A DNA stretch of 64,000 nucleotides from an uncultured delta proteobacterium (GTDB taxonomy: Bacteria > Desulfobacterota > Syntrophia > Syntrophales > UBA5619): positions 32,001 through 96,000 of the forward strand of contig CAWFOM010000006.1 of NCBI GenBank assembly GCA_963817385.1, written 5' to 3'. Below are positions 43,127 through 54,309 of the stretch, in pieces. Below the pieces are notes generated by a model. That model saw only the letters and a list, made by a program, of their open reading frames with translations, was not told the DNA's origin and did not search any database. A program made the translations under genes and the position numbers. The stretch's first letter is position 1, and each line of letters starts with the position of its first letter.

Positions 43127-44671
43127 GATCCGGACCTCCGGCTTTGCCAACGCACCAGTTCGGCCCGGGCGATCACCCGATCGTCGAAGGGGAACTTCGC
43201 CCTGGCCGATGACTTGATAATCCTCATGGCCCTTCCCGGCGATCAGGACAATGTCTGCGGTATCGGCCAACGCGATTGCCATAGCGATCGCTTCTTTCCG
43301 GTCCGGAACGACGATATAACCCCGCTGTCCGGCGGGATGCCGCGACCAATCGCCGGCATCGGCGAATCGCGTCGTCCGGATACCCGCTTCGATCTGGCGG
43401 ATGATCTCCCGGGGGTCCTCCGTACGCGGATTGTCGGAGGTCACGACGGCCAGGTCGCTTGCGGCGGTTGCGGCCTCGCCCATGAGCGGCCGCTTTCCCC
43501 GGTCCCGGTCGCCCCCGCAGCCGAAGACGGTAATGATTCTCCCCGTGCGAAACAAGGTCAGGTTCTCCAGAACCCTCCTGAGGGCGTCATCCGTGTGGGC
43601 ATAATCGACAAAAACGGCGGGTTGCCCCGCCGTGCTGACTTTCTCCAGGCGACCCGGGACATGGGTCAAGGCCGCGATCCCGTCCCGGATGAACCATCCG
43701 GGGATGCCGAGTTCAACAGCCGCTGCCGCGGCCGCCAGGATATTCGAGAGATTGAATCTCCCCATGAGCGGGGAGGTAATGGCAAGCCGCTCCCCATCGA
43801 GATGGAGTGTCGCCTCGATACCGTCGAGTGAAAGATGAAAAGGGGAGGCAGTGACGTTACTGGGCGTGTCGATGCCGTAGGTGAGATGTCCGCCTCCGGC
43901 TTCCCGTCCAACCTCGCTGAGGATCCGCCGCCCCCAGGGATCGTCGGCGTTGACGATCATCTTCCGCGGACGGTTTTTCTCCCCGGCGGGGAGCACCTCG
44001 GCAAAGAAACGCTTCTTCGCCTGGAAGTACTCCTCCATCGTTCCGTGAAAATCAAGATGGTCCTGGGTGAGGTTGGTGAAGATCCCCAGGTCGAATGTGC
44101 AGTCGTCGACCCTATTGAGGGCGACGGCGTGCGAGGAGACCTCCGCAGCCACATGGGTGATCCCGTGATCGACCATCTCCCGGATGATCCTCTGTAGTTC
44201 GAAGGATTCCGGGGTCGTATTCGGCGCGGGAAGCGTCTTGCCGCCGTAGCGGTAGTTTACCGTACCCAGGACGCCGACGGCATATCCGGCGGCCCGGAGG
44301 ATCGATTCGATCAGGTAGGTCACGGTGGTCTTGCCGTTGGTCCCGACGACGGCGATAAGGCAGATTCCGGACGAGGGGTCGCCGAAGAGGTTTTTCCCCA
44401 GGATGCCGAGGGCGCGCCGGCTGTCGCGAACGCGGATGGCTCTCACCCCGGCGGGAGGAAAAAATTCGCTTTCATGGATGATGAAGCCGGCCCCGCGGGA
44501 GAGGGCGTCGCCGATGAATGCATGACCATCCGCCTTCAGGCCCGGGATCGCCACGAAGAGACTGCCCGGGCGGCACTGTCGGGAATCATAACAGACCGAC
44601 GCGACATCGCCGTCCTGGAGGGGCATGATCCCCAGCGGTTCGATTCCTCTCATCAGCAGCGACAGTTGCAT
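43123..44671 (-). CDS. murE: UDP-MurNAc-dipeptide diaminopimelate ligase; frameshift near 43205
   Basis: GTNGKTT, EVSSH, DYAHT, GCGGDRD, DNPR (mDAP-specific), GKGHE. Removing one base restores the terminal FPFDDR motif and a TGA overlapping the murF ATG. Confidence 0.93.
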
Positions 44672-44680
44672 CGAAACCTC

Positions 44681-46666
44681 TTATGAACCCGTGCTGAAGG
44701 TGACGGTGCAGAGGCGGGTCTCCGGCGCGGGGTGGCCGGCCGCCGGTCTCTGTGCGGTCGCCCAGCCGCTTCCGATGATCTCGATCTCCAGTCCTTTTTC
44801 CTTGGACTTCTTGAGGACTTCACGGATCGACATTCCCCGGAAGTCCGGGATGCGGGGATCGTCCGCGTCCATGGTCTCCTGGGCGGCGAGCGGCGCCGGC
44901 GCGGAAGCCAGTCTCACGTTCATGTCCACGCCCGGCTTTTCCTCTTCGATCGCGGGGTTTCCCCGGATATTGGTCTTGAAGCAGGTCAGGAGCTGTTCCC
45001 CGATTTTCCTGAAGACCGGCGCCGCGGCCACCCCTCCCCATTTGTCCCGCTGCGGTTCATCGAGGATCACCAGGATCGCGACCTGGGGGTCCTCCGCAGG
45101 GAAGAATCCCATGAAGGAGGTCTTCACGCGTTCGCTGGAATAGACCCGCCGGGCAAAATCGAATTTCTGCGAGGTCCCGGTCTTACCGGCCACGGCGACG
45201 TTCACGATGCGGGCGTGTTTGCCGGTGCCGTCTTCCGTGCCGACCACGTCGGTCAGGATGGCAGTGAGTCTCTTTGCCGTCTGGGGAGAGATCACCCGGC
45301 GGACCACGGTGGGATTGTATGCCTGGACGAGCTTTCCCTTCCGGTCCACAAGTCCCCGGACGACGAAGGGTTTCATCAGGACACCCTGGTTGGCGACGGC
45401 GGAGAGGGCCGTGATGAGCTGGATGGCGGTCACGGAGACCCCCTGCCCGAAGGCGATGGTCGCCGCGTCCACCCGCGTCCAGTTCTCCACCGGCCTGAGA
45501 AGGCCGCTCACCTCGCCCGGAAGGTCGATCCCGGTCTTGGCGCCGAATCCGAATTTGTGGATGTACTGGGAGAATTTCTCCCTGCCGAGTCTCTCTCCCA
45601 CCTTGACCGAGCCGATATTGCTCGAGTACCGGAGGATGTCGCGGAAGCTCAGGGTGCCGTGCCGTTTGCGGTTCGCCTCATGGATCACCCGGTCGGCGAC
45701 CGCATAATTGCCGTTTTCACAGTTGAACATGTCCGTTTCTTTGACGACCCCCTCCTCAAGCGCGGCTGCCGCCAGAAAGGGCTTGAAGGTGGAGCCGGGA
45801 TCGAAGCAGTCGGTGATGGCCTTGTTTTTCCCCGTGGCGGGGTCGACCGCCGAGAACGTGTTGGGGTCGAACCCCATTTCATTGGCCAGGGCGAGGATCT
45901 CCCCCGTACGGGGATCCATGACGATGGCAAACCCCCCCTTCGCCCCCTTTTCCTTCACGGCCGCCTTGAGCTGGGATTCAACGAGATGCTGGATTCGACT
46001 GTCGATGGTAAGCACGAGGCTGTAATTCTCTTTGGGGGCGGCCTCGGGCCTCTCCACCCGGGGATAGAGCCTTTTCCCCTTGGCGTCCCGGGTCCAGAGG
46101 AGTTTTTCCGGGGCGCCCTTGAGGTACCGGTCATACCGGAGTTCCAGTCCCTCCAGGCCGGTGGCGTCCAGGCCGACGAAGCCGATCAGGTGGCCGGCCA
46201 GCTCGCCGGACGGATAGAAGCGCTTCGGCTCCTTCACGATGAAGACCCCTTCGATGCCCAATTCCTGGACGAGCGCCGCCTGTTCGGGGGCGATCCGCCG
46301 GGCGACCCAGCAGAAATTCTTCGTGCCGGACAATTTCTTCTGGAGCGCCGCCCGGTCCGTCTGGAGGATGGAGGCGAGGACTCCGGCCGCTTCGCCGGGA
46401 TTTTCGATCTTTGATGGGTCGGCGCAGACGGAATCGGACATGATCGTGGCGGCCATCTTTTCCCCGTTCCGGTCAAAGATGATCCCCCGGTCGGGTTGCA
46501 GCAGGAGGGTCTGGGTATGCTGCTTTTCGGCAAGGGACTTCAGTTCCTTGCTGGAAAGGATTTGGAGCTGAAAGGCGCGTGAACCAAGGGCGATGAAGAG
46601 CACCAGGAAGAAGGCCAGCAGCGTGGCGATCCTGAACTTCATCCATTTTCTCGATTCGCCGGTCAT
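44681..46666 (-). CDS. ftsI: Penicillin-binding protein FtsI with PASTA domain
   Basis: RGIIFDRNG, PGSTFK, SSN, KTGT; start MTGESRK. Confidence 0.95.
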   Translation of the reverse strand: MTGESRKWMKFRIATLLAFFLVLFIALGSRAFQLQILSSKELKSLAEKQHTQTLLLQPDRGIIFDRNGEKMAATIMSDSVCADPSKIENPGEAAGVLASILQTDRAALQKKLSGTKNFCWVARRIAPEQAALVQELGIEGVFIVKEPKRFYPSGELAGHLIGFVGLDATGLEGLELRYDRYLKGAPEKLLWTRDAKGKRLYPRVERPEAAPKENYSLVLTIDSRIQHLVESQLKAAVKEKGAKGGFAIVMDPRTGEILALANEMGFDPNTFSAVDPATGKNKAITDCFDPGSTFKPFLAAAALEEGVVKETDMFNCENGNYAVADRVIHEANRKRHGTLSFRDILRYSSNIGSVKVGERLGREKFSQYIHKFGFGAKTGIDLPGEVSGLLRPVENWTRVDAATIAFGQGVSVTAIQLITALSAVANQGVLMKPFVVRGLVDRKGKLVQAYNPTVVRRVISPQTAKRLTAILTDVVGTEDGTGKHARIVNVAVAGKTGTSQKFDFARRVYSSERVKTSFMGFFPAEDPQVAILVILDEPQRDKWGGVAAAPVFRKIGEQLLTCFKTNIRGNPAIEEEKPGVDMNVRLASAPAPLAAQETMDADDPRIPDFRGMSIREVLKKSKEKGLEIEIIGSGWATAQRPAAGHPAPETRLCTVTFSTGS

Positions 46667-46983
46667 TTGAGTAAGATCACCTGTTCCCTTCCCGGATAGG
46701 TCATCTGCAGCTTTTCTCTGGCGATGGTTTCGATCCGCTGGGGCGATTTCAGGGTGGCGAGTTCGACCTTCAGTTTCGCCTGCTCTTCGGCGAGCTGTTC
46801 CCGGCTGCTCAACTCCTGCGCGACCTGGTACTCCAGCTCCGTCATGTGGATATGGCTCCATACATAGATGAGCGCCACCGCCATCAGGACGGAGGCGATA
46901 AAGATCCAGGTTGAATATCCGACATCGAAGGACGCCCTGTCCTGCTCACGAACCGTCTGTTTGAGAACCTCTACGGCCTGCAT
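46663..46983 (-). CDS. ftsL: Cell division protein FtsL
   Basis: TM + coiled coil, SPQRIETIAREKLQM; synteny. Confidence 0.9.
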   Translation of the reverse strand: MQAVEVLKQTVREQDRASFDVGYSTWIFIASVLMAVALIYVWSHIHMTELEYQVAQELSSREQLAEEQAKLKVELATLKSPQRIETIAREKLQMTYPGREQVILLK

Positions 46984-46985
46984 GG

Positions 46986-47921
46986 TCAGATCCTCTCTGC
47001 CGTCCTGAGTTTTGCGCTCCGTGAGCGCGGATTGTCGCGGATCTCCTCGTCACTCGGGATGACCGGCTTTCGGGTCAAAACCTTCAGCGTCGGCTTCTTG
47101 CCGCAGGCGCAGACGGGAAGATCGGGGGGGCAGATGCATCCTTTTTCCCCGTTGCGGAAGGCATTCTTCACGATCCTGTCCTCCAGGGAATGAAAGGAGA
47201 TGACCGAAAAGCGTCCCCCCGGCCCGAGCCGTTCCATCCCGCCGGCCATGGCCTTTTTCAGTCGGTTGAGTTCGTCGTTGACGGCGATCCGGAGGGCCTG
47301 GAAGGTCCGGGTCGCCGGGTGGATCTTTTGACGCGCGGCCTCGGCGGGCATTGCCCGGAGCACCACCCCGGCAAGGTCGGCCGTCGTCCGGATCGGAGAA
47401 TCCTCCCTGGCTTTGGCAATGGACCTGGCGATTCTGCCCGCCATTCTCTCCTCGCCGTAATTCCTGATGATCCCCGCCAGCTCCTGCCACGGGAGGGTGT
47501 TGACGAGATCGGCGGCGCTTCTGCGGACGTCTCGGTCCATCCGCATGTCCAGAGGGGCGTCCAGGGTGAAGCTGAACCCCCTCTCCGCCGCGTCCAACTG
47601 GTGGGAGGAAACCCCCAGATCCAGGAGAATCCCATCCACCTTGCCCACGTTCTTTTCCGCCAGAATCTTTTTCATGTCAGCGAAATTCCCCCTTACCAGT
47701 ATCTTCCTGCCTCCGAACGGGGCCAGCCGTTGTTCCGCTTCCCTGATCGCCTCTGCGTCGGCATCGATGCCGATCAGAAGACCGTCAGGCGCCGTGTTCT
47801 GCAGGATCGCCTCGGCGTGTCCTCCGCCTCCCACCGTGCCGTCGACGTAAATGGCGCCCGCCCGGCAGCGAAGGGAAGCAATAACCTCTCTGACCATCAC
47901 CGGCGTGTGGAACAGATCCAT
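46986..47921 (-). CDS. rsmH: 16S rRNA m4C1402 methyltransferase
   Basis: HTPVM, DGTVGGGGH, DLGVSS, ISFHSLEDR, NPRSRSAKLR. Confidence 0.97.
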   Translation of the reverse strand: MDLFHTPVMVREVIASLRCRAGAIYVDGTVGGGGHAEAILQNTAPDGLLIGIDADAEAIREAEQRLAPFGGRKILVRGNFADMKKILAEKNVGKVDGILLDLGVSSHQLDAAERGFSFTLDAPLDMRMDRDVRRSAADLVNTLPWQELAGIIRNYGEERMAGRIARSIAKAREDSPIRTTADLAGVVLRAMPAEAARQKIHPATRTFQALRIAVNDELNRLKKAMAGGMERLGPGGRFSVISFHSLEDRIVKNAFRNGEKGCICPPDLPVCACGKKPTLKVLTRKPVIPSDEEIRDNPRSRSAKLRTAERI

Positions 47922-47933
47922 TTCCCGGGCCTT

Positions 47934-48380
47934 TCATATTCCGAGATCCGCCATATAGTCGGTAAAGCCGTTCAGGTTATCGCCGCTTGCCTTCATCTCC
48001 GCTTCGAACTGCTCCTTGCTCCAGATCTCAATCACCTTGATCATGCCTGCCAGGACGATCTCCTTATCCAGCTTTGCAAATTCCCTGAGGTTGGGGGGAA
48101 TGAGGATTCTTCCCTGGCCGTCCAGGGTGCAATCGACAGCCCCAGACATGAAAAACCGCTGAAAGGCGCGTACTTCTTTTCTAAGGAGGGACTGATGGGA
48201 GACCTTTTCCTCGATCACCCGCCACTCGTCGTAGGGGAAGACCATCAGATAGCCGTCCCAGTTGGTGATGACCAGACGGTTGTCGTATTTCTCGGCAAAC
48301 ACTTCGCGGAGTCGTGACGGGAAGATGACTCTCCCCTTGTCATCGATGGTGTGGTAATATTGTCCCCGGAAGACCGACAT
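47934..48380 (-). CDS. mraZ: dcw cluster repressor MraZ
   Basis: IDDKGR and LDGQGRIL AbrB-type repeats, IEIW. Confidence 0.96.
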   Translation of the reverse strand: MSVFRGQYYHTIDDKGRVIFPSRLREVFAEKYDNRLVITNWDGYLMVFPYDEWRVIEEKVSHQSLLRKEVRAFQRFFMSGAVDCTLDGQGRILIPPNLREFAKLDKEIVLAGMIKVIEIWSKEQFEAEMKASGDNLNGFTDYMADLGI

Positions 48381-48393
48381 GTCTGGTTATTCC

Positions 48394-48420
48394 CTCCACT
48401 ATAATCCACTTTACTCCACT
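48394..48420 (-). promoter_or_regulatory. MraZ operator (three direct repeats)
   Basis: GTGGAG/GTGGAT/GTGGAG at 10-bp periodicity just upstream of mraZ. Confidence 0.85.
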
Positions 48421-48428
48421 TTTGAGTA

Positions 48429-48457
48429 AAGATAGAGGAGGAAATTCGGTTTGTCAA
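48429..48457 (-). promoter_or_regulatory. sigma70 promoter of the dcw operon
   Basis: TTGACA (48457-48452), 17-nt spacer, TATCTT. Confidence 0.7.
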
Positions 48458-48467
48458 GAAATATTTT

Positions 48468-49511
48468 TCACTTTTTTTGTCTGTTAATCTGATATTTTAA
48501 GACGGCATGATTATGTGCTTCGAGGCTGGTGGAAAATTGATGCGTCCCATCATTATTGGCCACGAAGTAGAGGTAATTGACTTTGGCGGGGTAGAGGGCA
48601 GCCCGGAGTGAATCGATTCCCGGATTGGCGATGGGTCCGGGCGGCAGGCCATCGATCCGGTAAGTGTTGTGAGGTGTGTCCCTTTTTAGGTGACTTCGCA
48701 GGACGGTTTTCACGGGGGTGCCCGCCTGTTCGAGGGTGTAGATGGCGGTCGGATCGCTCTGCAGTTTCATGCCCCGTGTCAAACGGTTGTGGAAGACCGC
48801 GGAGATGAGCGGTTTTTCCTCCTTGTTTCCCGACTCTTTGCCGATGATGGAGGCAAGGGTCACCCACTCGGTGAGGGTCAGGCCGATTGTTTCCGCCCGT
48901 TTCCTCATCTCCGGCGTGATCTCCCGCCAGAATTGCCGGACGATGATGCGGATAACCTCTTTGGTGGTCATGGATCGGTCGAACTGATAGGTCTCGGGGA
49001 AGAGGTAGCCCTCGATGCTCTCCCCCTCGATGCCGAGGGAGGCGAGGAACTCCTTATCGGAGGCGAGGGTCATGAACTCCTTTTCGTTGATAAGCTTGAA
49101 GGAGACAAGCTTCTTGGCCATTTCGTTTACCGTGATGTCCTCGGGCAGTGTCACGGTATAAGACTTGATCTCCCCCCGGACCAGCTTGTCGAGGATCTCC
49201 GAAGGGGACAGGGAGCCGGTGATCTCGTATTCGCCCGCCCGGATCTGTTTTCTCACCCCTTTCCCGAGGGCGAGCAGCCAGAAGAAGGGGCGGTTTTGGA
49301 CCAGGCCGGCCTCATTCATGATTTCCGTAATCCGGAAAAAACCAGCCCCCTTGGGAATGTCGACGATCTTCGGGGTGGTGAAATGGTTGACAGGGGAGCC
49401 GGCATAGCGGAAGAAGGCGATGCCGGTCAGGAGGACAACGAAAGTAAGCGCAAGCGCCGTTTTCCGCCGGTGGACCACGACTGTCTTCAGCATCCTTCTT
49501 ATGATCTTCAT
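48468..49511 (-). CDS. mltG: Endolytic transglycosylase MltG
   Basis: EGYLFPETY, LASII.KE, NRL..GMKLQSDPT, GLPPGPIANPG. Confidence 0.95.
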   Translation of the reverse strand: MKIIRRMLKTVVVHRRKTALALTFVVLLTGIAFFRYAGSPVNHFTTPKIVDIPKGAGFFRITEIMNEAGLVQNRPFFWLLALGKGVRKQIRAGEYEITGSLSPSEILDKLVRGEIKSYTVTLPEDITVNEMAKKLVSFKLINEKEFMTLASDKEFLASLGIEGESIEGYLFPETYQFDRSMTTKEVIRIIVRQFWREITPEMRKRAETIGLTLTEWVTLASIIGKESGNKEEKPLISAVFHNRLTRGMKLQSDPTAIYTLEQAGTPVKTVLRSHLKRDTPHNTYRIDGLPPGPIANPGIDSLRAALYPAKVNYLYFVANNDGTHQFSTSLEAHNHAVLKYQINRQKK

Positions 49512-49953
49512 CAGCTTTTCGTGTTATTGTCCATATTACCCCCGTGCGCCTTCGCGTCGAGGTATCCCTGCAGGATGATGGAGGCGGCCACACGGTCGAC
49601 GATCCCTCTTCTCTTTTCCCGGCGCACGCCGCCCTGTCGGAGAATCTCCTCCGCCTCGCTGGTGGAGAGGGTTTCGTCCCAGCGGATGACGGGGAGCGCA
49701 AGGCGCGCCTCCAGCCGTCGGATGAACCGGTTGATCTTCTCGCACTGGATCCCTTCACTGCCGTCGAGCCGGAGGGGATACCCGATGACGATCCGCTCGA
49801 CGCCGTGGCGTCTGACCATCTCGTCGATCGCCCCGAGATCCGCCTCGCGGTTCTTTCTGATGATGGTCGCCACCCCCGGGCCGTCATCCCGAGCTCGTCG
49901 CAGATGGCGACCCCGATTCTCCGGCTGCCGTAATCGAGCCCCAGTATCCTCAT
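49511..49953 (-). CDS. ruvX: RuvX/YqgF pre-16S rRNA nuclease; frameshift near 49875
   Basis: MRILGLDYGSRRIGVA in one frame; IVIGYP, WDETLST, DRVAASIILQGYL in the next. Confidence 0.9.
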
Positions 49954-50227
49954 CCGCTTACCCGTTCGTGAAAAACGTCCTTTCTAAACCATCCGTCCGG
50001 ATATGTCGATCTTTTTTTCCCATAAAATGCCCCCGGTTGTCAACCGATAGAGCGGATTGTCCCGCCGCCGCACCCTGTCCGCGATTGACCGGAGGGCTTC
50101 CCGGTCGTCCATACAAGGCCGATCGGAATGTGGATATCCGTATCTTGACGCCCCCTCAATTATACGCGGCAGAATAAAAAATCCTTTACACACCAATTAA
50201 TTGGGCATACATACCGAGAGTCGGAGT

Positions 50228-50260
50228 GAAGATCCTCCGCAGCTTACTGCGGAGAGCTTC
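50228..50260. repeat. Palindromic repeat (IS200/IS605-end-like), copy 2
   Basis: GAAGATCCTCCGCAGCTTACTGCGGAGAGCTTC, 30/33 identical to 6756-6788. Confidence 0.75.
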
Positions 50261-50301
50261 AATTCATTTCGGGGGCAGGCCATGAAGCTGAGAAATCAGT
50301 T

Positions 50302-50829
50302 ATGACGAGCGAATCCTTAAAAGCATATGAACAACAGCAAAGAAAACTTTTTCGTCAGACCGTTCACCGCATCTGGAAGATGGTGAAATCCGGCAGGGTC
50401 GATGAGCTGTCGGGGAAGGAAACCGGATTGGCGTCCATCATCAAGGACCACGAAGAGTATTGCGACCACTTTGAAAACACTGACATTCTGGATGGGCGTG
50501 AATATGAGGCCGGTATGAAATTCAATCCGTTTGTCCATATCAGCACCCATCAAATGGTTGAGGACCAATTGTCATCAAACAGCCCCATTGAGACCGTCTT
50601 ATTTTGTGAAGCGATGGAAGATAAGGGGATGTCGCGTCATGAGGCCGTTCATTGCATTATGATGATCCTGATTCGGGTGATTACTATTTCGGCGGCGAAC
50701 AGGAAACCCTTTGACGCCGCCCGTTATAAGAGATTACTGGATGCATGCGGGCAGGCGGAGCCCTCTGAAGTAGAGGGGGTGATTCTAGCGGATTTCTCAA
50801 GCAATAAAAATCGGCACGATCTTCATTAA
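50302..50829 (+). CDS. DUF1841-like protein
   Basis: NPFVHISTH..VEDQL...P...HEAVH pattern. Confidence 0.7.
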   Translation: MTSESLKAYEQQQRKLFRQTVHRIWKMVKSGRVDELSGKETGLASIIKDHEEYCDHFENTDILDGREYEAGMKFNPFVHISTHQMVEDQLSSNSPIETVLFCEAMEDKGMSRHEAVHCIMMILIRVITISAANRKPFDAARYKRLLDACGQAEPSEVEGVILADFSSNKNRHDLH

Positions 50830-50871
50830 CAACACGGGCAAGTAATCCACTATTGTTAACCGGGAGGGGAT

Positions 50872-51183
50872 ATGACTCAGCAGGTATCGAACATCAAGGG
50901 GCTGGTTGCCTATCAGGACGGTTCCATCGTCAGCAAGGAAATCATCAAAAAACCGACGGGGACGGTAACCCTGTTCGCGTTCGATCAGGATCAGGGATTG
51001 AGCGAACATACGGCGCCCTTTGATGCGCTGGTAACCATGCTGGATGGTGAGGCGGAGATTACCCTTGCCGGCGAACCGCATCATCTGAAGGAAGGGGAGA
51101 TGGTCATCATGCCCGGGGGAAAGCCTCACGCATTACGGGCGGTGAAGCGATTCAAGATGATGCTGGTGATGGTTCGATCGTAA
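50872..51183 (+). CDS. Cupin-domain protein
   Basis: TLFAFD..QGLSEHTAP, PHAL.A..RFKMML. Confidence 0.9.
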   Translation: MTQQVSNIKGLVAYQDGSIVSKEIIKKPTGTVTLFAFDQDQGLSEHTAPFDALVTMLDGEAEITLAGEPHHLKEGEMVIMPGGKPHALRAVKRFKMMLVMVRS

Positions 51184-51279
51184 CGAACAATCATTGTCCA
51201 CTGAAGAGATGCGTGGCACTTCCTCCCGTCCGCACATTTGCGGTTGTGAAAAGCGGATGAGTCTGGTACTTTCCGCCTT

Positions 51280-53205
51280 ATGAAGCACATTGTGATGGGC
51301 ACGGCCGGCCATGTGGACCATGGGAAAACGGCGCTGATCAAGCGTCTCACCGGCGTGGACACCGACCGGCTCAAGGAGGAAAAAGAGCGGGGGATCACCA
51401 TTGAGCTCGGCTTTGCCTCTCTGACCCTCCCCGACGGACGGACCCTCGGAGTTGTCGATGTCCCGGGCCACGAGCGGTTTGTCAGGAACATGGTGGCCGG
51501 CGCCGCCGGTATCGACCTCGTGGTGATGGTCATCGCCGCCGATGAGGGGGTCATGCCGCAGACGCGGGAGCACCTCCACATCTGCGCTCTCCTCGGCATC
51601 CGGAAGGGGTTCGTCGCCCTCACCAAGATCGACATGGTGGACGAGGAGTGGCTGAAGCTGGTCCGGGAGGATGTCCGTGAGTTTCTCAACGGGACCTTCC
51701 TGGAAGGGGCGCCGGTCGTCCCGGTCTCTTCCCTGACCGGGACGGGGTTTCCCACGCTCGTCGAGACCATCGCCCGGGCGGCGGACGAGGTGGAAGAGGC
51801 GGCCGATTGCGGCCTCTTCCGTCTGCCGGTCGACCGGGTCTTCACGATGAAGGGATTCGGAACGGTCGTCACGGGGACGCTGACCTCCGGAAGAGTGACG
51901 ACGGGCGAGGAGGTGGAGATCTCCCCGGTCGGGATCCGGGCCAGGGTGAGGGGGATTCAGGTCCACAACCGGCCCGTCGATCTCGCCGAGGCGGGGCAGC
52001 GGACGGCCGTCAATCTCCAGGGGATCGACCGGACGGTGATCGAGCGGGGGTATCTCCTCACCGGGCCGGACACCCTCGTTCCCTCGCGACGCATCGATTG
52101 CGTGTACCGCCATCTGGCCGGCGCCGCGCGGAAGCTGAAAAACCGGACCCTTGTCCGGCTCCATACGGGGACGAGCGAGATCATGGCGCGGATGATCCTC
52201 CTCGATCGGGACGAACTGGAACCGGGCTCCGAGGCCTACGCCCAGCTCGTTCTCGAGGCCCCCCTGGCCGTGGTGGCCGGGGACCGGTTCGTCGTCCGGA
52301 GCTATTCCCCCGTGACGACGGTCGGGGGCGGTCTGATCATCGATCCCCTGCCGGAGAAACACAAACGGTCAGCCGAGGGGGTGCTGGAGGAATTCCGGCT
52401 TCTTTCCCGCGGCACGGGGGCGGAGCGGGTGGCGACCGTGATGGCGAGGGCCGGGATCGACGGGATCACGGAGAGCCGCCTCGTGGTCCGGACCGGCATC
52501 CGCCGGGCCGAACTCCGCAAGATCCTGGAAGGGATGTTTTCCCTGCGGACGGCCTTTCTGGTCGACCGGGATGAGGCGCGGGTCCTTTCCGGGCCGGTGT
52601 ACGCCGGCCTGCAGGAGGCGATCATCCGGGAGCTGAAGGGGTACCATGAACGGTTCCCCCTGAAGGAGGGACTTTCCCGGGAGGAGCTCCGGACGACGCT
52701 CGGCATGGGCGAGGGGACCGGCCAGAAGATCTTCAGCATGGCCCTGAGGGATCTCGAAAAGAAGGGGCAGCTCGTTGCCGAGAAGGAGACGATCCGCCTG
52801 ACGGGACATCAAGTCCAACTGAAGGGGGAGATGGAGGACCTGCGGGGGAAGCTCGCCGATCTCTACCGGGAGGGCGGCCTGGCGCCGCCGACGGTCAAGG
52901 AGATCCTGGAGCGGTTCGCCGACCGGAAGAAGGAGGTTGCGAGCCTCATCCAGGTGATGACCCGCGAGGGGGAACTGGTCCGGATCAGCGAGGATCTGAA
53001 CTTCCACCGGGATGCCCTGGCGCGGCTCCGTGAGGAGTACCGGGAGCTTCTTCTCCGCGAGGGGCAGGCGACGCCGGCAAGCTTCAAGGAGATGACGGGA
53101 CTGACGCGGAAATTCATCATCCCGCTCATGGAGTATTTCGACATGACAAAACTGACCATGCGCGCGGGCGATCACCGGATCCTCCGGGAGAGGCAGGAGA
53201 AATGA
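51280..53205 (+). CDS. selB: Selenocysteine-specific elongation factor
   Basis: GTAGHVDHGKT, RGITIELGF, DVPGHE, C-terminal winged-helix domains ending TRKFIIPLMEYFD...R.GD.R; 641 aa. Confidence 0.97.
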   Translation: MKHIVMGTAGHVDHGKTALIKRLTGVDTDRLKEEKERGITIELGFASLTLPDGRTLGVVDVPGHERFVRNMVAGAAGIDLVVMVIAADEGVMPQTREHLHICALLGIRKGFVALTKIDMVDEEWLKLVREDVREFLNGTFLEGAPVVPVSSLTGTGFPTLVETIARAADEVEEAADCGLFRLPVDRVFTMKGFGTVVTGTLTSGRVTTGEEVEISPVGIRARVRGIQVHNRPVDLAEAGQRTAVNLQGIDRTVIERGYLLTGPDTLVPSRRIDCVYRHLAGAARKLKNRTLVRLHTGTSEIMARMILLDRDELEPGSEAYAQLVLEAPLAVVAGDRFVVRSYSPVTTVGGGLIIDPLPEKHKRSAEGVLEEFRLLSRGTGAERVATVMARAGIDGITESRLVVRTGIRRAELRKILEGMFSLRTAFLVDRDEARVLSGPVYAGLQEAIIRELKGYHERFPLKEGLSREELRTTLGMGEGTGQKIFSMALRDLEKKGQLVAEKETIRLTGHQVQLKGEMEDLRGKLADLYREGGLAPPTVKEILERFADRKKEVASLIQVMTREGELVRISEDLNFHRDALARLREEYRELLLREGQATPASFKEMTGLTRKFIIPLMEYFDMTKLTMRAGDHRILRERQEK

Positions 53206-53236
53206 ACATCCATTTGCAGGAAGGGCGGGTACCAAT

Positions 53237-54265
53237 TTGAAATCAAAATCGGTTTACGTGAAGGATATCAAGACCGGCGATAAGATCAGCGAGGTTTTTC
53301 TGGCGGCGGAGAAAAACCTGGCCTTTTCCCAGAAGGGATCCCCTTATCTGAATCTCCGTCTGCGGGATCGGACAGGGGAGGTGGACGGGAAGATCTGGGA
53401 AAACGCCCTGGCCTGGGACAAGGCGTTCAAAAAGGGCGACCTGATCCGTGTCCAGGCGCGGGCGCTCAGTTTCAAGAACGCCATCCAGCTTTCGATCATC
53501 GAACTCAGGAAAGTTGAGGATGGGGAGGTCGAACTGGCCGACTATTTTCCGGTGACGAAGGGGGATATCACCGAGATGTTTGCCGGGATTCTCGGCTACG
53601 CCGAGCAGATCAAGACCCCTTGCCTGGCTGCACTTCTGCACGCATTTTTCGGGGACGAGACGATTACCGCGCTCTTCAAGCGGGCGCCGGCGGCCAAGGG
53701 GTTTCACCACGTCTATATCGGCGGTCTTCTGGAACACACCCTTTCCGTTGTCCGACTGCTCGATCAGGCGGCGGGCCATTACCGGGGGGTCAACCGGGAT
53801 CTCCTGATCGCCGGCGGCATCCTCCACGATATCGGGAAGATCTACGAATTCTCCTATGATCGGATCGTGGAGTACAGCGATCCGGGACGGCTGGTCGGTC
53901 ACATCGTGATGGGGGTCGAGATGGTCGACGCAAAGATCGCAACGATCCCGGATTTCCCCGAACAGACGGCCATGGAACTCCGCCACCTGATCCTCAGTCA
54001 TCACGGCGTCCTCGAATACGGTTCCCCCAAGAGGCCCAAGACCCTGGAGGCCCTGATCGTCCACTACATGGACGACCTCGACGCCAAGGTAAACGCCTTC
54101 CAGGAGTACATCCGGGACGCGCGTGCAGAGGAGTCGGACTGGACACCCTATCACCGGTTGTTCGACCGGTACATCTACAAGGGCCGGGCGCCCCGCGGCG
54201 AAGAGGCCGGGAAACATCTTGCCCCTTCGGAGTCGCGTCCCCCGGAGGGGGAAGGCGGCGGGTGA
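53237..54265 (+). CDS. yhaM: YhaM/Cbf1-like OB-fold + HD 3'-5' exoribonuclease
   Basis: L.L.DRTG, PAAK.FHH..GGLLEH, HDIGK, SHHG..EYGSP, DDLDAK. Confidence 0.88.
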   Translation: MKSKSVYVKDIKTGDKISEVFLAAEKNLAFSQKGSPYLNLRLRDRTGEVDGKIWENALAWDKAFKKGDLIRVQARALSFKNAIQLSIIELRKVEDGEVELADYFPVTKGDITEMFAGILGYAEQIKTPCLAALLHAFFGDETITALFKRAPAAKGFHHVYIGGLLEHTLSVVRLLDQAAGHYRGVNRDLLIAGGILHDIGKIYEFSYDRIVEYSDPGRLVGHIVMGVEMVDAKIATIPDFPEQTAMELRHLILSHHGVLEYGSPKRPKTLEALIVHYMDDLDAKVNAFQEYIRDARAEESDWTPYHRLFDRYIYKGRAPRGEEAGKHLAPSESRPPEGEGGG

Positions 54266-54309
54266 CGATCGAAAGGACCCCCGGCGCGGTTTTCCCACCC
54301 TTCTGCTTT

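Noticed and set aside
41696..44671. Apparent 991-aa MurE-MurF fusion
   Set aside because: Deleting one base near 43205 restores the MurE terminal FPFDDR motif and a TGA overlapping a murF ATG with its own RBS. This matches the indel errors seen throughout the window.
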